From Candidatus Bathyarchaeota archaeon (GTDB lineage Archaea; Thermoproteota; Bathyarchaeia; Bathyarchaeales; Bathycorpusculaceae): a DNA stretch of 64,000 nucleotides. The notes below the pieces were generated by a model. It made no database searches. It was not told the origin of the DNA and worked only from the letters and a program-made list of their open reading frames with translations. Shown here piece after piece: positions 41,426 to 51,225 of the stretch; within the stretch, counting starts at the first letter, position 1, and each line of letters opens with the position of its first letter. Location of the stretch: assembly GCA_963767735.1 (NCBI GenBank), contig CAVYES010000004.1:288001-352000 (forward strand), in the 5' to 3' direction. The position numbers were made by a program, and so were the translations under genes.

Positions 41426-42378
41426 ATGCGTAGTATCAGCAGAGTTTCTCGTTGCTTCTTATTCTTATCTTAGCTGTGTCAAGTCTAATAATGGCTAAAC
41501 CAGCGTTTGCTCAGACACCATCGCCTACGCCAACTCCTGTTTCAACGCTCTCTCCAACCCCAGTACCAACCACAACTCCAACTCCAACGCCAACTCCAGT
41601 GCTGACTGCAACCACACCTGAACCACCAGTGCCAACCGAAACCCCTTATCCAACGGTTCATAGTTCAACGTTGCAAGTTCCACAATTTACAATTCAACTT
41701 GGTAACCACTCGTACGAGGTACCACCAGTTACCACCACTACGACAAACCCGTACACGGGACAACAAACCACAACTACCCAACCTGGTTATTATGTGGAAA
41801 ACGAAACTATTGACTTCACCATTGTCAATCAGCCTCACACTTCAGTATTTGTCCCAGAATACTACGGAATAGACCTGTACTATGACATACGCTACAAAGG
41901 GCATTTTGAAGATACCTGGACTGAACTTTACACATATGATGAAGATGAAAACATATTGCCAACCGCAACAAATTCCACATACACCTTAATTTCAATTCCC
42001 CAAAGCTATCCTTTTGACGCTCAAGTAGATTTTCAGATTCGAGCAATAAACGGAACTATCACTTCAGACTATCCAGGTATTAACCAACCTTTTGCCTATT
42101 GGACATATCAATCAAGCGGCTGGAGCAACATCGAAACAATAAACGTAACCGATGGTTCAGTTACTATTACGCCATTCTCCAATCCAACGCCTATCCCGAC
42201 TTCAATTTCAACGTCCAGCCCAACACCAATGCTGTCACCAACATCTACTTCAACACCTTCGCCAACGCCTACCGTCCCAGAGTTTCCAGCTTTGATGATT
42301 CTGCCACTTTTTGCAGTAGTAATTCTGCTATCAATTGTAGCAAGAAAGAGAAATAGCCTTAGAAATGTCAGTGATTGA
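41426..42378 (+). CDS. Thr/Pro-rich secreted protein with PEF tail (1-nt indel near the start)
   Basis: ATG 41426 (MRSIS) is out of frame by one base with LLLILILAVSSL; VPQFT..SYEVPP..YYDIRYKGHF..SGWSN; VPEF. Confidence 0.85.
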
Positions 42379-42981
42379 ATGAATAAAAAAATAATAGCTC
42401 TATCAATTTTGATAGCTATACTTTTCGTAAGTGCGATTGTAGGAACGGTATTTTATTATAACGACAAAATAGCTAATAAAAACAGCCAAATTTCAAACCT
42501 TAAAAGTCAAATAAAGTATTTAACTTCTGCAAATCTTACAACTGCGTTATTGATAACTGAAATACCTTATATTCAATTTCCTTATGGTGGTCCACCACCT
42601 GATAATTTTTTCTTCCCTGATGACCTTCTCATAAATGGTTCAGTAACTAATGAAGGAGGCTCTGTAGCGTTTAACACTGGATTACATGTTGTTGCTTATG
42701 CTTCCAATGGAACATTAGAAGTAAACATGACTGTTCCTTTGATTGACGGTAGAAAGGTATTCGGAACGGACGCTGCAACGGACGCTTTTGTTTCAAGTTA
42801 TTACAAAGATTACTTAGGCACGTTACAACTTGGGTATTTAGTTAGCGGGCAGACTGTAACCCTTGATATAAATATTTATCACGAAGGCACTGCTTCTAAT
42901 TGGAATGCGACAGCGGTGTGGGACAAATTCTCCATAATCATCAAGTTTCTTTCTATTCTACAAAGTACATTAAACGGCTAG
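42379..42981 (+). CDS. MNKKII-family protein (copy 4); extra G near 42921 alters the C-terminus
   Basis: Paralog. GTGTGGGACAAATTCTCCATAA gives VWTNSP* (stop 42937) if one G is removed. Confidence 0.82.
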   Translation: MNKKIIALSILIAILFVSAIVGTVFYYNDKIANKNSQISNLKSQIKYLTSANLTTALLITEIPYIQFPYGGPPPDNFFFPDDLLINGSVTNEGGSVAFNTGLHVVAYASNGTLEVNMTVPLIDGRKVFGTDAATDAFVSSYYKDYLGTLQLGYLVSGQTVTLDINIYHEGTASNWNATAVWDKFSIIIKFLSILQSTLNG

Positions 42982-43206
42982 GGCTATTAACGAGTTCATT
43001 CAAGGGTTTAAAATGTATTAACTAAGGTCTAATTATTGATTGAAAGGTGCTAAGTACTGATTTTTCATTTGATTCAATTTCCCATAAATCAGTTCCATGC
43101 TTGAAAGTAAATTATCTTTCCCACATCACATAATATCGGGACAAGGCAGCTCGCTAAAAGTTATATGTTCTAAAGTATAGAATTAATAATAACAGTTCTT
43201 CCATCT

Positions 43207-43803
43207 TTGGTTAGTGATCTTCAGATGCAAAAAGGGATTAGGAAACACGCATGGCGTTACGTAATAGTGGCAGTTCTTATCGCTGTAGTGTTGGTTTCGC
43301 TTTACTATCAATTTGGCTACCTGCCTCAGAAGCAAAGCGGAACGTCTTCCAAGGAAACCGTTGGTTCAGATGGGGGTCCTAACATCGCTAGTTCGACTCC
43401 TGCCGTCTTCGCGACGTTGTCTTTTTCGAACGAGACTGGTTTCGAGACGACTGTCTATCCGACTTCAGGAACGATTGAATTTGTTCTGTCGCCGAACAGC
43501 GTGGGTGAATTTACGGTCACGTACACGGGAATCGCCTCCAACGATTTGACGATGTCTTTCTTCACGAATCCAGTTTCCGTGTCGAATGGCACGCTTGGAA
43601 CTGGCTCAGGATTGAGTGTTACTGAATCAAGCATAACAAGGGTAAGCATGTATCAAGTGGTTGTTAACTATACTGTCACTTCGGGAGGGTCAGATGGGCT
43701 ATACGTGCTTGGACTGCCTTCAACGTTTCTCAGCACCATTGTTGACGTTGGAACCCAACCCTACACTGGACCTCTAACATGGCTTAACGGAACTTTTAGT
43801 TAA
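43207..43803 (+). CDS. Membrane-anchored exported protein
   Basis: N-terminal TM, S/T-rich beta domain. Confidence 0.78.
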   Translation: MVSDLQMQKGIRKHAWRYVIVAVLIAVVLVSLYYQFGYLPQKQSGTSSKETVGSDGGPNIASSTPAVFATLSFSNETGFETTVYPTSGTIEFVLSPNSVGEFTVTYTGIASNDLTMSFFTNPVSVSNGTLGTGSGLSVTESSITRVSMYQVVVNYTVTSGGSDGLYVLGLPSTFLSTIVDVGTQPYTGPLTWLNGTFS

Positions 43804-44019
43804 CGCACGCCGAGTGCTACTCAGGCCCTATTTTACGTATTGAAGAATAATCGCTATCGTTGATTACTTACAAAGTTTTGGGCCGCATGGTCCCCCTTCG
43901 GAACCAAACATGACCGAATAGGACATCGAAAGCCCTGTTCTAAAGCATGGTGTTAAATATGGCTAAAGGTTGTAGTTTTACAAAGAAGAAATAATGGGTT
44001 GATTCGCTGAAAGCTTAAA

Positions 44020-44555
44020 GTGAGTTCGATGAGAGTCGGCGCAATAATAATCATTGTTTTAATAGTGATTGCGTCTGTATTGGTCGTTGTGTTAGAAATA
44101 AATCTTAAGAAACCAACTTCAAACGGAATCCCAGGGCTTCCTTCAAGCTATGTACTGCTAGACAGCCCCCAGGATACTTTAATGGAACTAAGCTCTTTCT
44201 GGTTTCAGCCAAATACATGTATGGAACGCATAATGGGCAAGCATGTTTTATAATATATGCCACGGTTAGAAATGACTATACCGCACAACAACCGCCTCCA
44301 ATGGATAACTTCGGTAGTAACAGTTCAGGCACTGTTTATTTTGGCTTGACAGCAAAGCTTTACGGTCAGAATGGGCTGATTGCGACAAGGGATGTGACGA
44401 GCCCTGGGTCAGAGCCATTGGGGGTTCCTGAAATCGGTCTGGACAGCGGTCAAACTTATACATACCAGATAGATATGGCTACCTCAAACGCACAAGCTAA
44501 TGTTGACAACTACAGCATTATCCTTATTGACATAGCGGGTTATCCTATCCCATGA
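44020..44555 (+). CDS. Membrane-anchored exported protein, frameshift in C-run near 44170
   Basis: CFIIYATVRNDYTAQQPPP; paralog of 35001-35522. Confidence 0.75.
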
Positions 44556-45844
44556 GCAAATCAAATTGGTGCTTTATGCATATGAACAGATTACTAAGGG
44601 TCAGATGCATTCTTCTCGCAATCTTCTTTTTGTTTTGTGTTATTGCATTATTGTATCTGCCAGTTCGAGCGCAGACAGTGACTGCGACAATACCCGTTGG
44701 AAAGGCTCCTTTTGGCGTGGCTTTCACACCCAACGGAGCATACGCCTATGTTACAAATCAAATCAGCGGCACCGTGTCAGTCATAAACACAGCTACGAAT
44801 ACGGTGACAGCTACGGTAACTTTGGGCAGCTTCCCCTATGCTGTAGCTGTTACTCCTAACGGTGCATACACCTATGTTACAAATGTCGGCAATAACACGG
44901 TCTCAGTGATAAGCACCGCTACGAACACGCTGGCAGCAACAATAACCGTTGGAAACGACCCTACAGGCGTAGCTGTTACGCCCAACGGCAAACTTGTCTA
45001 TGTCGCAAATGAGGACGCATTGAGTAACAACAATTCGGTCTCGGTGATAAGCACAGCTACAAACACGGTAACGGCAACAATATCCGTTGGAAGAAGTACT
45101 TCCAGCGTAGCTGTTACACCTAACGGTAAATATGCCTATGTTACAAGTTACTCCAACGGTTCGGTATCGGTGATAAACACGGCTACGAATACGGTGACTG
45201 CTACGATTCCCGTTGGACCCTCGCCTTTGAGTGTAGCTATATCCCCAAACGGCAAATACGCCTATGTTACTCACGACATTGCAATCGTCGATTATGTCTC
45301 GGTGATAAGTACGGCTACGAACGCTGAGACAGCAGAGGTAACCGTTGGAGGAAACGACACACAATATGTAGCTTTTACACCCAACGATGAATATGCGTAC
45401 GTCACAGTTTTGCCAGCTGTGCCAGAAATGCCAGCATTTGCAACTTTTGGCAACGGTACAGTTTCGGTTATAAACACAGCCACGAATACCTTGACGGCGA
45501 ACCTATCAATTTTAGGCGAGCCTCTTGGTTTGGCCATTTCGCCCAATGGTGGATACGCCTATGTTACAAGCATGGCAAACGGCGGTGGCGGCACAGTCTC
45601 GGTGGTCAGCACACCCGCCCCAACTGCTGTTCAAGAGTTTCCTGCCCAATCATTTATAATTACGGTGGTTGTGTTTATGATAATATTCTTGTCTGTGGTA
45701 ATTATTGCACAGAAGAGAATAACCCATAAAATCCAACTTGGCCAGAATTCTTTAAACTGTCTTTTAGAACAGCGTTTCCATCATAGACATAATATTCACT
45801 TGCTTGTCCAGAAAACTGGATTTAGATTTTTGTCGCTATTTTGA
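44552..45844 (+). CDS. YVTN beta-propeller surface protein with QEF tail
   Basis: Seven VAVTPNG.YAYVT..VSVINTATNTV repeats; VQEFP-TM-KR then a read-through tail. Confidence 0.92.
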   Translation: MSKSNWCFMHMNRLLRVRCILLAIFFLFCVIALLYLPVRAQTVTATIPVGKAPFGVAFTPNGAYAYVTNQISGTVSVINTATNTVTATVTLGSFPYAVAVTPNGAYTYVTNVGNNTVSVISTATNTLAATITVGNDPTGVAVTPNGKLVYVANEDALSNNNSVSVISTATNTVTATISVGRSTSSVAVTPNGKYAYVTSYSNGSVSVINTATNTVTATIPVGPSPLSVAISPNGKYAYVTHDIAIVDYVSVISTATNAETAEVTVGGNDTQYVAFTPNDEYAYVTVLPAVPEMPAFATFGNGTVSVINTATNTLTANLSILGEPLGLAISPNGGYAYVTSMANGGGGTVSVVSTPAPTAVQEFPAQSFIITVVVFMIIFLSVVIIAQKRITHKIQLGQNSLNCLLEQRFHHRHNIHLLVQKTGFRFLSLF

Positions 45845-45947
45845 CAAATTATAAAAAGAAAGCAAGAAATCTTAACCGTTGGTTACTTTGTGAGGTCACA
45901 TAAAAATTTTTTAAAAAAGATAAGAGAAAAAGTTGCTGCAGTATCGG

Positions 45948-47501
45948 CTATATTGTTTGATTCCAATAGTAAACATCTTTGTATCGCCCCGCAACTGGGT
46001 AGGCGGGATCCTCGTAAACAATGTCCAATTTGGAGCCGTATTTGGCAAGAGACGCCTGTATGGCATTCCAAACCTGTTGCGAACTGTTGTCGGCTTGCCA
46101 CAAACCCCAAATAGTGTCGCTTTGGCTTCTCAGACCCGAACCGTAATCGTTAGGCAAAACTAACGCGTCCTGGCCTGTTACATTGTTGGTTACTTTGGGA
46201 TTTTGCACAACATCCGTCCAGAACTTTTGAATTGAGGCAAACTGCTCGTCTTGCAAAAGTCCCGTGCCATTGCCGCTTGGCGAGTAGTTAAACACGACAG
46301 CGTAGTTAGCGCCATCTTCGTACGCCTGTCGCATCTCATTGTACATCTGCGTGCCGTTTTGCAGGGTAATCGACGAACGATTAGCCCATTCAATCATTAC
46401 GCCCCAATTCTTATCCTGCATGTCGGCGGCACCCCTAACTAAAGCTAAAGTCTGGGCGTCGGTTTGCGTTCCAAATAACTCGGCAAAAACAGTGTTGTAA
46501 CCGCCCAAGTAGTCAAACCAGTAAAGACCATAGTCTGAAGTGAAAAGTTTCACGTCTGATTGGTTACCGATTGAGCTTAGGGTTTGATGCTCTGTGCCCA
46601 CAAACACATTTGCCGCTTCAGAGTAAGTTTGAATGGGGTCTGTGTTCCAAAGCTGTGAGTAGGGTTCAAACTGGGAAATATTGCCTGGGTCGCTTATAGG
46701 TTGGTTAAAATTTGTGACGTAAGTGGCGTTTGGGTACCCAGTCATTACGGTTTCGGTTCCGTTGATGACTTCCCCATTCGGTTGGTAAGTTATCTGATCT
46801 TCGTAAACAAATACATGCGTGCCGTTAGGGTAGGTTGAAGTTTCATCTGGTGAACTGGTGATTGTGCCGTTTGGATAGTAATTGATAGAAGCGTTCTTGG
46901 TGACAGTTACGTTGCTGATGCCGTTGACTGTCTCGTTAGTGGTTGAATCAATCGAAGTATATATTTGTCCTGAAGGCCAGAACTCCACGAAGTCGCTAGA
47001 ATTGTCGTAATTAACCGTTAAGGGCGCACCTATTTGCTGCTTTGTTATCATCTCGTTGTTGACGTAAAGGTTTACGAAGGAATCAAGCATTTTCCCGCCT
47101 GGCTCGTCGTCATAGTATATTCCTAAGAAGTGGCTACCCCAACTTGCCTGAGCACTTTCAATGAAAGAAGGCACGTTGATTGTGGGGATGCCATTGGCGA
47201 AGTACACTATAATGTTTAATCCCGCGTTGACAGCGTAACTGCATATCTGGTTCAATGCGGTGCCGTTATCCATTAAGGGCCCAGATGTCACTACAAAAAG
47301 ATTAGTGTAATTCTTGACCTTGTCAATCAGCTGCTCGGCTTCAGTGACGTTATCGCCACCGTAAGTGACACCGACGTAAAACGGCTTCTTACTAGCCACC
47401 TGACCTGAAGAGTGATCGTAGCTTTCTATGGCAACAAACGCCGAAACAACAATGACCACGATTAAACCAAGAGACAAGACTATTGCCAAGCCCTTTTTCA
47501 T
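45948..47501 (-). CDS. Membrane-anchored exported protein, paralog of 37084-38433
   Basis: FYVGVTYGG, YYDDEPGGKMLD, FTSDYGLYWFDY, RGAA. Confidence 0.87.
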   Translation of the reverse strand: MKKGLAIVLSLGLIVVIVVSAFVAIESYDHSSGQVASKKPFYVGVTYGGDNVTEAEQLIDKVKNYTNLFVVTSGPLMDNGTALNQICSYAVNAGLNIIVYFANGIPTINVPSFIESAQASWGSHFLGIYYDDEPGGKMLDSFVNLYVNNEMITKQQIGAPLTVNYDNSSDFVEFWPSGQIYTSIDSTTNETVNGISNVTVTKNASINYYPNGTITSSPDETSTYPNGTHVFVYEDQITYQPNGEVINGTETVMTGYPNATYVTNFNQPISDPGNISQFEPYSQLWNTDPIQTYSEAANVFVGTEHQTLSSIGNQSDVKLFTSDYGLYWFDYLGGYNTVFAELFGTQTDAQTLALVRGAADMQDKNWGVMIEWANRSSITLQNGTQMYNEMRQAYEDGANYAVVFNYSPSGNGTGLLQDEQFASIQKFWTDVVQNPKVTNNVTGQDALVLPNDYGSGLRSQSDTIWGLWQADNSSQQVWNAIQASLAKYGSKLDIVYEDPAYPVAGRYKDVYYWNQTI

Positions 47502-48024
47502 GTCAAGACCTCATCTTTACATGCGACACTATCACTCGAATTTTCTGCCTATTTCCTTCTGTAACGCGAGTTTAAATGCTTTGGGATGTAGTGGGTTCGC
47601 CTTAACAAACTTCATTTGTTGCTTTCAAAACGAAAGATAGCTTAGGGTTACTTGCGTATTCACAGTCTTCTGTGATGGGGAAATGTTATTGACTTATCTA
47701 AAAATTAATTTTTTCCTTAGATTTGGTTCTGCTTATTTCTGGCGGATTGTACCATTTCCAAATTTTATCCGCTAAGTCCTCGGAATATCCAGAATTGGCA
47801 AGACCCTCTTTAACGAGCGTTCCGAAGGCGCGTTCTGCTTTTTGCCGTTCTTTCGCCGCATAGCGTTTCCAAAGTTAGGGCTAAAAATAAACATTGTGAA
47901 CGGCTAATCTTATCAGTAGATACGTACAACATAAATACATAAAAGATAGTCGCCGAACCCGGTTGGATGGGGGTAATCATTAAGTGAATAAATGGAAAAG
48001 GAGAATGCTTTTCCCATTTCTCAC

Positions 48025-48183
48025 TTAGTTGTTGTTTATCTTAGAGGGAGGCTGCATTTTTGCTCGCAAAGTTCGTTTGCCACAGCAAGTCCACCTGAAC
48101 GTTTGCCGATGACAACTTGAGCAGAATCGCAAGTGGTCTGCGAACTCTGGATTCTTCAAACCCTTCTTGGCGAACTTACTCAT
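48025..48183 (-). CDS. Small zinc-ribbon protein (Nop10-like Cys spacing), 52 aa
   Basis: MSKFAKKGLKNPEFADHLRFCSSCHRQTFRWTCCGKRTLRAKMQPPSKINNN; GGGGTGA SD. Confidence 0.65.
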   Translation of the reverse strand: MSKFAKKGLKNPEFADHLRFCSSCHRQTFRWTCCGKRTLRAKMQPPSKINNN

Positions 48184-48234
48184 GTACTTCACCCCACCGT
48201 TTGGTGCTTATACTTCCGTTCCGTTAGTCAACCT

Positions 48235-49062
48235 CTAAATAGGAAATAAGGACAAAAATACCGCGATTGCCAAGAGCAGTGTGAATAGAGTCGGAAGCAA
48301 GAATGGTCGCTTCTTTATACTCACCGAAAATACACCAGCCCAACCTAACGCTAAACAAACAATTCCTACGGGATATAATACCCAGGAAAACAGCACCACG
48401 GGATTACTAAGTTGAACCAGTAAGGAGGAAGAAGTAAAACTCGAAGGAAATAAGTGAAGTGAGGAAATAAGGGCACTAGCCAAGCCCATGGCCGAGCCGA
48501 TGGCAATAGCATAATACGACTTTTTGAGTAAGCTGGTCAACGCTGACCATTTAGGAAGACCCAGAAATACCATTAATCCACCTGCAAATGCTGCAAACGA
48601 AAAATACACAGCATAAGGCGCAATTAGCGAATCGTATTGTATTATAGTTATTTTCTCTTCCTCAAACACCAAAAAGATGTTGAAGAATATACTAAGAGCT
48701 AACAATGTTAATCCAGCTATCAAGCAGGGTCTTCTTAGTTTAATAGGATCAGATTGTGTAGAATGCGCATTCAATGTCATACCAACCACTGCAAAAGTGA
48801 TTCCGACAACAAATATTAGTGGAAATAACTGTTGGCTGTTAAAAAGAAAACTGGAGCCAGAAGCATATGCTAACCCGTGATAAAGATATAAAACCATTAG
48901 AAAAACCCCGACACCTGATAGTAATACACCGCTAGCGCGGAAAAATATAGGAGCTAACGGGGTTGGGCGCGACAGATTTGCTTTGACTGTTTTTTCGGGT
49001 CGTTGAGGCTCTTGAGGAAGCCAGCCTCGAATACGGTCTCTCAAGTAATTTATCACGTTCAT
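48235..49062 (-). CDS. Polytopic membrane protein
   Basis: RIRGWLPQEP N-terminus and ~7 TM; start overlaps the upstream stop. Confidence 0.8.
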   Translation of the reverse strand: MNVINYLRDRIRGWLPQEPQRPEKTVKANLSRPTPLAPIFFRASGVLLSGVGVFLMVLYLYHGLAYASGSSFLFNSQQLFPLIFVVGITFAVVGMTLNAHSTQSDPIKLRRPCLIAGLTLLALSIFFNIFLVFEEEKITIIQYDSLIAPYAVYFSFAAFAGGLMVFLGLPKWSALTSLLKKSYYAIAIGSAMGLASALISSLHLFPSSFTSSSLLVQLSNPVVLFSWVLYPVGIVCLALGWAGVFSVSIKKRPFLLPTLFTLLLAIAVFLSLFPI

Positions 49063-49547
49063 GTTTTTATCTCCGGAATTAGTTTACAAAAAATTTCGTG
49101 AGCCAACTTGGCAGGGTGAATTGATGCCGCTTTAGGTATTTCTATGCCTTTTTCTTTGGCGAGGTCGAGCAGGTAGGTTTGGGTTTGTTTTAGGAATTGT
49201 GTGTTTGTGACTTCTTCGGGGTTGTCGTGCCAGTACCAGACCTTTACACCGTTGTTGGTGGTATAGGTGATTATGGCTTTGCGTTTAAGATCGGGGTGGT
49301 AACCCAATAGTATGCCTTCTTTGGGGTATAATTTTATGATTTGGAGGTCGTTGGCTTGGGCGATGTCTAAGAGGGTTGTGGATAGTTTGGCTTCTGCGAC
49401 TAGTTTAGTTTGGTTAACGAATTGGCGGGTGGTGTTTAGTTTTTCCGCGATGGTGACGACGGAGAAGCCTTTGCTTATCAGTGCCCAGACGGCTTTTTGT
49501 TTTTGGCTAAGTGGGGCTGTTAAGGTGCAGTTTGGTCGCATACACAT
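49059..49547 (-). CDS. HTH transcriptional regulator
   Basis: LSQKQKAVW..GFSVVTIAEKLNTTRQFVNQT. Confidence 0.82.
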   Translation of the reverse strand: MCMRPNCTLTAPLSQKQKAVWALISKGFSVVTIAEKLNTTRQFVNQTKLVAEAKLSTTLLDIAQANDLQIIKLYPKEGILLGYHPDLKRKAIITYTTNNGVKVWYWHDNPEEVTNTQFLKQTQTYLLDLAKEKGIEIPKAASIHPAKLAHEIFCKLIPEIKT

Positions 49548-49551
49548 TCAA

Positions 49552-49571
49552 GTAAACACTTAAGTATTTAC
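49552..49571. promoter_or_regulatory. Palindromic operator upstream of HTH gene
   Basis: GTAAACACTTAAGTATTTAC, a near-perfect inverted repeat. Confidence 0.6.
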
Positions 49572-49780
49572 AAATATTTAAGATTTACCATCCGTAACAC
49601 CGCGCTAAAGTTATCCCACGTGTAAGGATAAGAAGCAGGGCGCCAACGAGTACTAACCCCGCCGTAATCTATGAACAGAATCGCGTGTTCGTTGAGGAAA
49701 CGAAGAATTTACCCGCTTTTTGTGTCAAGAAATCTTTACGAATAGATTTTTATTCTAAAAGGGACAAAACAAGTGCCAAC

Positions 49781-50611
49781 ATGAAACTACCGAAAATCAA
49801 CGCTCAATTTACAACAGCTGGAGTAGTTCTCATTATATTCGGGACTCTGTTTCTGCTTGAAGCATTAGAGCCAAAATTTGAACCCTATAACTTATTTTCT
49901 GCATTTTTAATGTACTTCGGAAGTCTAATTTGTATTGCAATAGGTAGCTTACTTATTGCTCTGAGCTTTACAGCTATAACAAACACTATAAAGAAAACTT
50001 TACTAAAAAGTGACGAAATAAGTGAGTGGCTTAAAGGAGCTATCTTTCTTAATATTCTATTGTTTGTTCTCTACATATCGTTTGATGCTTTGGCATGGTT
50101 TAACATGGGAGGTATAATTTCGTTTAGTGGATACAATCCAACATACAACTTTTTGACAAATACCTTTTACATATTCCCTTTATCAGGTGCTGGTACTGGC
50201 ACTTTCTTTTTCCAAAATACGCCTTTATGCTTTTTCTTAGTAGCATCCATTGTAAGCATTGTTTTCATCTGTATAATGATGCAAAAAAGCAAAAACAAGA
50301 GTAATAACTACCCGAGAAGTGTTTGGTTGAATGTACCTATGGCTGTTTTGCTTAACGTTCTTTGGATAATTACGTACATGGGGTTGGATGATTTCGTATG
50401 GTATAACATGACAAACGGACACACAATAAATTCACATTATGGTTTATGGGTAAGCTCCTTCACAATAAATTATGGAAATACTCTAACCTACACCAATATA
50501 CCTTTACTAATTTTTGTTTTAACATTAATCCTGAATGGGTTGATAGTGATTAAAGCCAACAAGCAGTTTAGCATCAACGGTTTTAAGACCTTTTCTAAAA
50601 AACCAGATTAA
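49781..50611 (+). CDS. 6-TM membrane protein
   Basis: Hydrophobic, AT-rich, with two similar 2-TM units. Confidence 0.78.
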   Translation: MKLPKINAQFTTAGVVLIIFGTLFLLEALEPKFEPYNLFSAFLMYFGSLICIAIGSLLIALSFTAITNTIKKTLLKSDEISEWLKGAIFLNILLFVLYISFDALAWFNMGGIISFSGYNPTYNFLTNTFYIFPLSGAGTGTFFFQNTPLCFFLVASIVSIVFICIMMQKSKNKSNNYPRSVWLNVPMAVLLNVLWIITYMGLDDFVWYNMTNGHTINSHYGLWVSSFTINYGNTLTYTNIPLLIFVLTLILNGLIVIKANKQFSINGFKTFSKKPD

Positions 50612-50812
50612 GAACACATTTTAGCTGGTCTCCTTATTCTGGGGATTGGTTTTGGAAGTAACGATCCTTTTTTGGCGTCCACCAGGCAAAACCCAATATG
50701 TGAATTCGATAAGCTGCGTTAGAATCCTCGCTTGCCTCCCCATGCAATCTTTTATCCTTCTTCTGATTTATATCATCTTAAAACCGATGACTTAGACGGT
50801 GGAACAATATGA

Positions 50813-51225
50813 GTGAGAATTTGCCTTCCGAAGAAAAAGCAAAACGAATTGACAAACTTTGGATCAGGTTTGGCGGTTTTGGCTTGGGATATCACACCAT
50901 CTGTAAGTGACCGTGTTCGATTTATTATGGTCAATACCTTCTTCAAAATGCCTCCAGAAATCGTTGAATGGGCGTGGCTTCATCTGATCTTCGTTTCTTC
51001 AAGTGAGAGCTTCATAGATTTACTTTGCCAAAACAAGTTTCTTTGGGCGACATAGAAGGCGTTATTTTTCTCTCGGATTATTTTCTAGACGAACCCGAAA
51101 AAACGCAGTCTTTCATAATTGCACACGAAATGGCAAATGTTAAACTCAGGCATAAACCAGGTTGCCTCGTCGGATTATCTCCGAAGGAAGAAAAAAAGCA
51201 AGAAGAGGAAGCAGATGCTAGCTAA
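50813..51225 (+). pseudogene. Degraded zincin-like metalloprotease gene
   Basis: FIIAHEMAN (HExxH decayed)...EEEAD; broken across frames. Confidence 0.5.
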
